Positions 39,861 to 47,990 of a stretch of 64,000 bases of DNA are shown here, one piece after another. Source of the DNA: an uncultured bacterium. GTDB taxonomy: Bacteria; Chlamydiota; Chlamydiia; Chlamydiales; Rhabdochlamydiaceae. The DNA is taken from the NCBI GenBank assembly GCA_964439595.1, contig CAYTOK010000006.1:6713-70712 (forward strand), written 5' to 3'. Each line of letters starts with the position of its first letter. Position 1 is the stretch's first letter. The notes beneath the pieces are model-generated. The model ran no database searches and was not told the origin of the DNA. It saw nothing but the letters and a program-made list of their open reading frames with translations. The position numbers and the translations under genes were made by a program.

Positions 39861-41285
39861 TTAAGGCATTTTTTCTACGACCATCATGTTCGTTGTGCCA
39901 CTTATGCCAAAAGGAGATCCGGCTGTAATTAATACAGAGTCTCCTTTCTTTACTAAGTCTAACTCGCGAATAAAATCACTTACCTTCATAAAAGCTTCTT
40001 GCATATTCGTTGCTTGGTAAGGCGGAACTGAAACAACGCCCCATAAAAGAGCCATGCGATGATAAGATTCTTTGGTTGCAGTCAAAGCAAAAATAGGGAT
40101 TTCTGGACGAAATCGAGATAAAAGCCTAGCTGTAAACCCGCTACTAGTAAAGACAAAAACAGCCTTAGCGTTAAGACTATAAGCTGTATTTACCGTTGCA
40201 AGAGCAACAGAAGAAGGAACATCATACACCGCTTTTCTCGTGTTTTGATAAAAGAAGGTCCTATAATCAAATTCCTTTTCGGACTCAAGAATAATGCTCT
40301 TCATCATTTTAACAGTCTCAACAGGATATTTTCCTACAGCAGTTTCTCCTGAAAGCATTACTGCAGAGGTACTATCATAAATAGCATTAGCTACATCAGA
40401 TACTTCAGCTCTTGTAGGCCTTGGGTTTTGAATCATAGACTCAAGCATCTGTGTTGCTGTAATTACAGGCTTTCCTAAAGTATAACACTTATGTATCATC
40501 ATCTTTTGCAGCCCTGGAACCTCATAAAGGGGAAGCTCTACTCCTAAATCTCCCCTAGCTACCATAATGCCATCAGCCACCTGCAAAATAGCATCAAAAT
40601 TTTCTACTCCCTGTCTATTTTCAATTTTTGCAATAACGGTGATATCAGGGCGTCCTTGACTAGCTAAAAGCTTTTTAATTTCTAGAACATGTTCAGCAGA
40701 TCGAATAAAAGAAGCTGCAATGACATCAACCCCATGCTTACATCCAAAAATAAGAGCATCTATATCTTCCGTAGTCATTGCTGGAAGGGGAACTTTAACG
40801 CCTGGAAGGTTCACTCCTTTTTGGCTTTTTAAAGTTCCTGCGTTTTTGATTTCTATTAAAGCTCCCTCTTTTGTTTTTTCTACTACAGTAGCAGCTATAT
40901 ATCCATCATCGAAAAGAACAGTGTGACCAGCTTCCAAATAATCAAATACCACCTCAGGGGTGACTAAAATCCCTGCATCTTCTTTTGTTCTTACAAGATG
41001 CACTCTTTCCTTACAAGAAACCGGCAGACTTCCATCCGGAATTTTGCCAAGGCGGATTTCAGGACCTTTCGTATCCAACATAATAGCAAGGGGAATCCCT
41101 TTTGCATCCCTTGCTTTTTTTAACTTTTCAATGACAGCTAAATGTGTATCAAATGTTCCATGACTAAAATTCAATCTGGCTACATTCATCCCGGCGTCAA
41201 TAAGTTCTAAAATTTTCTCATACTCATTTACAGCAGGACCCATCGTACAGACTATTTTCGTGCTAATCCTATCCTTCACTTTCAT
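39861..41285 (-). CDS. pyk: Pyruvate kinase
   Basis: 474 aa from the ATG at 41285 (MKVKDRISTKIVCTMGPA). MNVARLNFSHG, MLDTKGPEIR, IAKIENRQGVENFD, MVARGDLGVELP, ATQMLESM. Confidence 0.95.
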   Translation of the reverse strand: MKVKDRISTKIVCTMGPAVNEYEKILELIDAGMNVARLNFSHGTFDTHLAVIEKLKKARDAKGIPLAIMLDTKGPEIRLGKIPDGSLPVSCKERVHLVRTKEDAGILVTPEVVFDYLEAGHTVLFDDGYIAATVVEKTKEGALIEIKNAGTLKSQKGVNLPGVKVPLPAMTTEDIDALIFGCKHGVDVIAASFIRSAEHVLEIKKLLASQGRPDITVIAKIENRQGVENFDAILQVADGIMVARGDLGVELPLYEVPGLQKMMIHKCYTLGKPVITATQMLESMIQNPRPTRAEVSDVANAIYDSTSAVMLSGETAVGKYPVETVKMMKSIILESEKEFDYRTFFYQNTRKAVYDVPSSVALATVNTAYSLNAKAVFVFTSSGFTARLLSRFRPEIPIFALTATKESYHRMALLWGVVSVPPYQATNMQEAFMKVSDFIRELDLVKKGDSVLITAGSPFGISGTTNMMVVEKMP

Positions 41286-41465
41286 ATAAATCCCCTGTTT
41301 ACGAGCTATAACAGCTAAACAAAGCATACCGAGAGCTCTGCTCTTTGTCTATTTTTTTCTGAAACTTGCTGATATTGAAGACTTATGGGCTATTCTAGCA
41401 CATAACTGAAATTTTTTTATCACATAACTCATAGCAATCTTGACCGAAAATAAAAACAATAAAAT

Positions 41466-43193
41466 CTATGTCTTAAAACCTTCCTGCACTAAGACTTTCT
41501 TCCCTTGAAATACAATGCCAAGAGTCAAGACTTTTGCAACTCCCCTGCTATGTAGCTCCGCTACGTAGTTTTTCTCTTCGATCTGTTTTAGAGCTTCTTT
41601 AGCTGTGTCCTTTAAAGAAATCCCTTTTTTTGTTTTTTTGAACTCTATAACAATTCCTAATTCTTTAGAGTTTTTAGGAATAAGACATACATCATAGCGC
41701 CCATACCCACTTTCTCTATTAGACTTCACTTCATGAGTCTTTTCTAAAGCCACCAAAAGCCCAAGGACAAAAGCGTGGTAGACTTTTTCTGAACTATTAC
41801 TATCAAGATCCTGAGAGCTCATAGCATTTACAATTAGCTTTTGGAATAACTCAGCAAAAAGCTCTACATCCCCCGTAGTTAAACCTGTAAGCATTTTTGA
41901 TAAATTAGAACCAGGAAGATTATTTGTAAGCCAATTTTGCATAAAGCCTTTATATAAAGTGAGCACTTCTTGATTAGGAATAGTCACACTACGCATCGGA
42001 CCGGCCGGATCTGAGTCTTTAGTAAGTGTTAAATAACCACTAAAGAAAAATAGACTCCATACAGTATCTTCTCTTCTTTCTAAATCAGAAAATATAATTC
42101 CCTCTTCAATAGATTTTGTGATTGATTTCCCTTGCAAGAGCTTTTCCATATCTTCTTTAAAAGAGTCTTCCCCTTTCCAAAGAAGTTTTTTAATAAGCTC
42201 ATTAGAGCTAGTATTTACCCAGTAGGGCTGGAGCTTACCACTGCTTTTAATACATTGAATAATAGACCAGGGATTATAAATAGACACATTCCCTATCAAA
42301 TAGCCATTATACCACTTTCTGATCTCCTCTATTTTGAAAGAAACCTGCTGCTCTCTAAAAAGGCTCTCAACCTCTCCCTCTAAAAGACCAAATTTATCAA
42401 CAAAATAATCTTCTAAGATGGTATAGCAAGTACCATTATTAAAACCGGAAAAAATACTTTCCTTACTAACACGAAGGATTCCAGTTAAGACTGCTTGTTG
42501 CAGTAACGAATTATCTTTTAATCCATCACCAAAAAAACCGCGCATAAATTCTACAATTTTATCATAATATCCATGTAAATAGCCTGCATGAATCGGCGCA
42601 TCGTATTCGTCTATTAAAACAATGACCTTTTCCTTATAATAACGTTGTAGCCAAAGAATAAGATAAAAAAGGCTTTTTTCCAAAGTCCCTTTAGAAGCAG
42701 TTTTATGTAAAATATCTAGAAAATTTGTTCTTTCCGGATTGCTTAAAATAGGTTTGGATTCTCCTGTTTCAGTATTAATACTAGTTGCTTCCAATAAAAA
42801 CTGATGCTTTTCAAATTCGGTTGCAATACAAATTTTCATTTTCTCATAAGCGTCTTCCCAAGAACTATGATGAACTTCTTTCAAGGTAAAGAAAATAGTA
42901 GGAAACTGTCCCCTATAATCTTGAACACCTTTTTTGCCTTTATCGTCTTTCCAAGTAGACTTCGTTATCTTTAAGCCCTGAAAAAGAGCTTCAGAATCTT
43001 TTTCTTTATTAGAAAAAAAATAGTAAAGCATAGAAAGATTTGTAGTTTTCCCAAAACGTCTTGGCCTTGGGATTAAAGCAACTTCTGCGCCACTGCGCAC
43101 TATTTCTTCTATAAATAATGTTTTGTCTATATAAGAATAGTCACCCTGGATAATTTTCTTAAAATCACTTACGCCTAGAGGGAGTTTTTTCAT
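41466..43193 (-). CDS. AAA-ATPase-like domain protein with a C-terminal PD-(D/E)XK nuclease domain (DUF1703/PDDEXK_9 type)
   Basis: 575 aa from the ATG at 43193. MKKLPLGVSDFKKIIQGDYSYIDKTLFIEEI...IPRPRRFGKTTNLSMLYYFF (P-loop-like), VLIDEYDAP (Walker B-like), and C-terminal SGYGRYDVCLIPK...IVIEFKK (D...E.K nuclease motif). Confidence 0.8.
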   Translation of the reverse strand: MKKLPLGVSDFKKIIQGDYSYIDKTLFIEEIVRSGAEVALIPRPRRFGKTTNLSMLYYFFSNKEKDSEALFQGLKITKSTWKDDKGKKGVQDYRGQFPTIFFTLKEVHHSSWEDAYEKMKICIATEFEKHQFLLEATSINTETGESKPILSNPERTNFLDILHKTASKGTLEKSLFYLILWLQRYYKEKVIVLIDEYDAPIHAGYLHGYYDKIVEFMRGFFGDGLKDNSLLQQAVLTGILRVSKESIFSGFNNGTCYTILEDYFVDKFGLLEGEVESLFREQQVSFKIEEIRKWYNGYLIGNVSIYNPWSIIQCIKSSGKLQPYWVNTSSNELIKKLLWKGEDSFKEDMEKLLQGKSITKSIEEGIIFSDLERREDTVWSLFFFSGYLTLTKDSDPAGPMRSVTIPNQEVLTLYKGFMQNWLTNNLPGSNLSKMLTGLTTGDVELFAELFQKLIVNAMSSQDLDSNSSEKVYHAFVLGLLVALEKTHEVKSNRESGYGRYDVCLIPKNSKELGIVIEFKKTKKGISLKDTAKEALKQIEEKNYVAELHSRGVAKVLTLGIVFQGKKVLVQEGFKT

Positions 43194-43339
43194 AGATAAC
43201 CTTGTTTTCTCGCAAGTATAACAAAAGATCACTTTTTTAAACTAGGATTTATACATTTCAAAAATCTAAATATTTACATATATAGAAAATCCTGTTAACA
43301 AAAAGAAAAACAACATTTCAGGTGGCTTAACTACAAGTT

Positions 43340-43753
43340 ATGACTAAAAAAGAAACCGTAGACTCTCCTCTTCAAAAAAATCAAATAAACCACATGGCAA
43401 ACGAAAGAACTTTCCTTGCTTGGATAAGGACATCCATTGGAATTATGGCACTTGGTTTTGTTTTAGAAAGATTTGCTCTTTTTATCAAACAATTAGCAAA
43501 TTTTTTTACAGCAGCAAGGGGTCCTTCAGATGTGCTGATCTCTTCTCATCCTCAAAACTATTCTTCTTTATTTGGAGTAATACTTGTAGGCTTTGGGGCT
43601 TTGATTGGTTTATTTTCTTTTTTTAATTATAAAAAAACAGAAAAGCAAATAGAAAACGACAGTTATAGCTACGGCCCAATACTGCCTACCATTTTAACAC
43701 TATCTATTTTCACTATTGGAATTTTTCTAGTTATCTATTTGCTTAACACCTAA
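43340..43753 (+). CDS. DUF202 (YidH-like) membrane protein
   Basis: 137 aa. MANERTFLAWIRTSIGIMALGFVLERF is the DUF202 hallmark. Three TM segments. Confidence 0.75.
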   Translation: MTKKETVDSPLQKNQINHMANERTFLAWIRTSIGIMALGFVLERFALFIKQLANFFTAARGPSDVLISSHPQNYSSLFGVILVGFGALIGLFSFFNYKKTEKQIENDSYSYGPILPTILTLSIFTIGIFLVIYLLNT

Positions 43754-43832
43754 AACCTTAACATCTTTCCTTGTATGTTTTTTTTACATGCTATAAGCTG
43801 ATAAAAAAAACACAACAAAAAGGAATTTTTTT

Positions 43833-44165
43833 ATGAAAAATGCAGCGATAATTCTTCTTATTTACGGTATAACCGTCCTTTTAGGAGGGGTTTTTGGTTT
43901 TGTGAAAGCTGGAAGCTTGGCTTCTTTATTTTCTGGCGTAACCTCTTCTTTGCTTCTTTTTGCAGCAACTACTTTGCTTTTCACAAAAAAGTTTTCAGGA
44001 TATTGGCTAGGACTTGGAACAGCGATGCTTTTAGAGATTGTTTTTATTTTACGATTTGTAAAAACACTCCACTTTCTCCCAGCAGGACTACTCAGCATCC
44101 TTAGCTTAGCTGTGATTTTTGTCTTATTTTTTAAAATAAGACAAAACCAAAAACTCACATCTTAG
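43833..44165 (+). CDS. Small four-TM membrane protein, TMEM14/UPF0136-like
   Basis: 110 aa. LIYGITVLLGGVFGFVKAGSLASLFSG resembles the TMEM14-family N-terminal motif. Confidence 0.5.
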   Translation: MKNAAIILLIYGITVLLGGVFGFVKAGSLASLFSGVTSSLLLFAATTLLFTKKFSGYWLGLGTAMLLEIVFILRFVKTLHFLPAGLLSILSLAVIFVLFFKIRQNQKLTS

Positions 44166-45124
44166 GTGTGCCAATCAGAAACAGGATGATCATTTTCGTA
44201 ATACGGCTCCACATGAACAATCACATCCCTTACTGCCGGCCACGACTGTTGAATTTGTAGACGCACCTTTTGCGTAATGGCATGGGCATCTTCTACTGAA
44301 AGCTCCGGGTTCACCTCAATGTCGACGCTGACATGAGCATCTGGTCCATAAGATTGAATCCGCAGCTTTTCCGTTGCCATAACTCCTTCAACTTGCATTG
44401 CAGCATCATGAACTCTCTTAAAATATTCAAAGGAAGGAGCTCTATCCAAAATTTGATGTAAGTTGTTCCATCCAGCCTTTACTCCTATGATAATCATTAA
44501 AAAAGCGATAAAAAAAGCGCCAATATGATCTAAAAGCAGGCTATACTTGGGGAAATATGCTCCCGAACCAAGAGCTATAACAGCAAATAAGCAACCAAGC
44601 CCATCAATTCTATAGTGTACTGCATCAGCTAAAAGAGCCGGACTATTTTGTTTTTTCGCAACAGCCTTTAAATGCTGATAAGCAATTTCAAGAAGGAGAA
44701 CAGCTCCAAGAGGGATAATCCAAGCGTAAGAATTGATAGCTTGCAAAGAATTTTCTTCCAAGGCGCTAGCAAGCTGTTTACAACCTAAATACCCACCTAT
44801 AATGACAAGAAAGACACCAAGCTGCAGCCCTGCAATAGGCTCAAAGCGTCCGTGCCCAAAAGGATGATGTCGGTCTGGAGGCTTGTCCGCAAGACCTATA
44901 CATAGCATTAAAAGAAGACTAGCTCCAATATCTAATAAACTAGAAAGCCCATCTAAAAGAAGGGAATAACTTCCCAAATAATAAAAACCCAAAATTTCAG
45001 AAAGGATAATAATTGCCCTTAGCCAAATCCCCTTTAAAATAGTGGAAACAATTTGCTTTCTCCTCTCTTGCCTTTTTTCGTACACCTCACCAGGCAAAGA
45101 CATTCTATCAGGAAACTTCGTCAT
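44162..45124 (-). CDS. Cation diffusion facilitator (CDF) family transporter
   Basis: 320 aa, six TM. LLLDGLSSLLDIGASLL, DRHHPFGHGRFEP, ADAVHYRIDGL. C-terminal cytoplasmic domain with VHVEP. Confidence 0.88.
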   Translation of the reverse strand: MTKFPDRMSLPGEVYEKRQERRKQIVSTILKGIWLRAIIILSEILGFYYLGSYSLLLDGLSSLLDIGASLLLMLCIGLADKPPDRHHPFGHGRFEPIAGLQLGVFLVIIGGYLGCKQLASALEENSLQAINSYAWIIPLGAVLLLEIAYQHLKAVAKKQNSPALLADAVHYRIDGLGCLFAVIALGSGAYFPKYSLLLDHIGAFFIAFLMIIIGVKAGWNNLHQILDRAPSFEYFKRVHDAAMQVEGVMATEKLRIQSYGPDAHVSVDIEVNPELSVEDAHAITQKVRLQIQQSWPAVRDVIVHVEPYYENDHPVSDWHT

Positions 45125-45405
45125 AATCCTATTCTATACCTTTATTAAATTAAATAAATTCATAATATGTAGTGGATTTTGAAAAAATATTCTTTTTTTG
45201 TCAACGATTTTATTTCAATTAATTATCTTAAACTACTCAGTTATAATTTTTATTTAAAGATCACGTTTTGATAGATAAAGGATCTTATTTTAAAGGACTT
45301 AAAACTTATAGATTTTCTTAAAAAAATTATGCCGCCTATTTCGAAATCTGGAATTCAGATTAACGAATTTACTATATTAACAACCTGACCAATTTTTAAT
45401 AATTA

Positions 45406-45434
45406 TTGAATTAAATCGCAATTTAATGTATAAT
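45406..45434 (+). promoter_or_regulatory. Near-consensus sigma70-like promoter
   Basis: TTGAAT (45406-45411), 17-nt spacer, TATAAT (45429-45434), 37 nt upstream of the ATG at 45471. AAGGAAAG RBS. Confidence 0.5.
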
Positions 45435-45470
45435 AAATTTTACAAAAACAATTAAACAAGGAAAGTTAAA

Positions 45471-46088
45471 ATGTTAATCCCAGGATCAGCAGGACTTCTG
45501 CTAATTAATATTATAGATATGCATCCATTAGTTCCCTCCATAGGCAGTGGCGATCCTACACCTAAATACCTCAACCAGTTAAAGCTACTATCAACTTTAT
45601 CAGAAACTTCTGACTTAAAAGATAAATGTGAGCGTTATTTTAGTTTAGCAAAAGCCCCCTTTCTTGGTTCTACAATCTTCGCATGCGTTACCCTAATAGC
45701 ACTCAACATCTTATTAGTTGGAACTGTCACCGGAATAGCTGCTTCCGCTGCACCTCTTTGCACTGGGGCTGTTATTACTATAATAGGGATTGTAGCAGGC
45801 TTTGCTGCTAACTATTTTTCCTCTAAAAGGATTAAAAACGCCAAATTAGAGTTAGAAAACTATCTCAACACTAATAAATTAGAATTAAGGCTTTCACTAG
45901 AGCGAACAATTAACGATGAGAAATTTGAAATAGCAAAAATTATAGATAGCCAAAGTGATATTAAAAAAGCACCTGTAGTAGCACTTGAAAAACTTCTCTC
46001 TGCCCGAAAAAATATCAACTTAGCAGAAAAAACTTTAGAAGATTTCTTTAGTAATGAAGATACTGCTGTTAGAGAAGAGGTTGTATAG
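45471..46088 (+). CDS. Inc-like protein: bilobed hydrophobic domain plus a coiled-coil tail
   Basis: 205 aa. STIFACVTLIALNILLVGTV - TGIAASAAP - LCTGAVITIIGIVAGFAANYF forms two TM helices with a short loop. This is followed by a charged helical C-terminus. I recognise no family. Confidence 0.55.
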   Translation: MLIPGSAGLLLINIIDMHPLVPSIGSGDPTPKYLNQLKLLSTLSETSDLKDKCERYFSLAKAPFLGSTIFACVTLIALNILLVGTVTGIAASAAPLCTGAVITIIGIVAGFAANYFSSKRIKNAKLELENYLNTNKLELRLSLERTINDEKFEIAKIIDSQSDIKKAPVVALEKLLSARKNINLAEKTLEDFFSNEDTAVREEVV

Positions 46089-46243
46089 CTATGTATGTTT
46101 TATAGCAATTGCAGAGGAACAAAAAAAAATTGATAAAAAGTAATAGCTAGAAAACCCGAGTTTTATTTTCTCTCCCTAAAAATTATAGGCGAAAATAAGA
46201 CTTCTGTATAACATATGTGCGAAAAACAATTCAAAAGAGGCAT

Positions 46244-47197
46244 ATGAATACAAATTGTTGGTCAAATATCTGCACATCAGCTTGCCAAAACATGTCTTCA
46301 GGATTCCTCTATGCTCAGCAGCAAGCGACTGCAACATTGGATTTCATAAGAGTTAAAATTTCAGAAATTCAGGTGCAAGCGCCTATCATAGCGCCCTCTA
46401 TCGGACACTGGGCAGTTTTAACTGGCTGGGGAGATTTAAAAAATCACGCAATCAGCTTTCTTCAAGCAGTAGATAGACAAGAGCGGAATAATGCCTTACA
46501 GCTATTAGGGATAGACCTGATCAACTTCACTTACAGCACGATCTCCATAACAGAACTTTTTTTAACAAGAATTCACAATAGATCGATACAAAACATAGTA
46601 GCCTATCTTCACCCTATTGGAGCCTTTAGCTCTTTACTCGGCTTTTATTTTGAACTAAGAGAAGTAAAGCGCAGCCTAGAATTCTTACAACTGCTTTCAA
46701 CTGCAAATACCATTCAAGGAGTGTTCGAAAACCTGGCACGTAATTATTTCCCAGAAACTATACTGACACAGCAAGAAGGCCAAGACCTAAGCGCCCGCCT
46801 AGCATTGAGAGTACAAGTTTGGTGTAGAGATGAATTTGTAGAAAAATTAGATGACATCTTAGAAGACTTAAAATCTAAAGACCTCGAGACTCAAAAAGAC
46901 GCTAAAATCAAAGCAAAAGAACTCCTTACCACTATACGAATACAAGGAGAAAAAACTCTTTATATCCACATTTTTTCCATGATAGGGTTTGCTCTTAGCT
47001 CTTTAGGCTTCCTAGCCTTAATAGCTGGATGCTCCCTCGCTACAATTCCTGCAACCACAGTTATTTTAATGGGTAGTTTAGTTTGTCTTACTTCTTCTAG
47101 TTATGCTACAGTAAGCTTACCTTGCAGTGGTTGGAAGATCGATTGCAAATATTTCCTTCCTAACTGCCTTAGGTACTGCCTTGAAACTGAGGCTTAA
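46244..47197 (+). CDS. Inc-like protein with a C-terminal bilobed hydrophobic domain
   Basis: 317 aa from the ATG at 46244 (AGAGG upstream). IHIFSMIGFALSSLGFLALIAG - CSLATIP - ATTVILMGSLVCLTSSSYA lies near the C-terminus. A further hydrophobic stretch is AYLHPIGAFSSLLGFYF. Confidence 0.5.
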   Translation: MNTNCWSNICTSACQNMSSGFLYAQQQATATLDFIRVKISEIQVQAPIIAPSIGHWAVLTGWGDLKNHAISFLQAVDRQERNNALQLLGIDLINFTYSTISITELFLTRIHNRSIQNIVAYLHPIGAFSSLLGFYFELREVKRSLEFLQLLSTANTIQGVFENLARNYFPETILTQQEGQDLSARLALRVQVWCRDEFVEKLDDILEDLKSKDLETQKDAKIKAKELLTTIRIQGEKTLYIHIFSMIGFALSSLGFLALIAGCSLATIPATTVILMGSLVCLTSSSYATVSLPCSGWKIDCKYFLPNCLRYCLETEA

Positions 47198-47300
47198 AAT
47201 ACGCGTACGCTTTCAAAAATACAACATTTAAAGCCAATATTCCCTACAAGCTGTCAAAAATTCCTAACTTCAGGTTATACTGATAGAAAGAAGAGATCGT

Positions 47301-47714
47301 ATGATAACTAAAGAAAAATGGCTGCAAATTCAAGCAAAAATGGAAGAGCTTTCGCTCTTTGAAAGCGACTTGATAGAAAAATTCATTCTAGGCTCTGGCA
47401 AGGGAGGCCAAAAAATCAATAAAACTTCTTCTTGTGTATATTTAAAACATATTCCTACAGGAATTGAAATTAAATGCCAAAAAGAACGCTCTCAAGAGAT
47501 GAACCGCTTTTTTGCAAGAAAAGAGCTTTGCAACAAAGTAGAAGAAATCATCTTTCAAAAAAAATCAGAAAAACAACAAGAGCAAGAAAAAATACGCAGA
47601 CAAAAAAAACGAAGATCCAGAAAATCTAAAGAAAAGATCCTCGTCAATAAAAAAAATCTATCAGAAAAAAAATCGCTTAGAAAACCTCCTTCTTATCCAA
47701 GCTCTCAGGAATAA
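47301..47714 (+). CDS. GGQ-motif RF-1 domain protein (ArfB / MTRFR-like ribosome rescue factor)
   Basis: 137 aa. DLIEKFILGSGKGGQKINKTSSCVYLKHIPTGIEIKCQKERSQEMNR, and a long basic tail KIRRQKKRRSRKSKEK. There is no codon-recognition domain. Confidence 0.75.
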   Translation: MITKEKWLQIQAKMEELSLFESDLIEKFILGSGKGGQKINKTSSCVYLKHIPTGIEIKCQKERSQEMNRFFARKELCNKVEEIIFQKKSEKQQEQEKIRRQKKRRSRKSKEKILVNKKNLSEKKSLRKPPSYPSSQE

Positions 47715-47990
47715 TTAAATTTCTATTCCATAAGTTTTCAAAATATCCGTCCTGGATCTAAAAAAAAGCAAAATAGCTCTGATCCAAATACCGGCAACAA
47801 CTCCTCCTTCTAGGAGTAGTGACTAAAGAGGTCCCTTCAAATCCGTAATATCTTTTTGTGCACAAAGAGAAGATCTATTGCAATACCTAGGAGGGAAATA
47901 TTCTTATTTTTGAATGTTTTTTTAAAAGAAGCCTATTGCAAAAAGTATATTTTTTTTGCATGATGCGAAAAAAGGAATTAGAGGAGTTGC

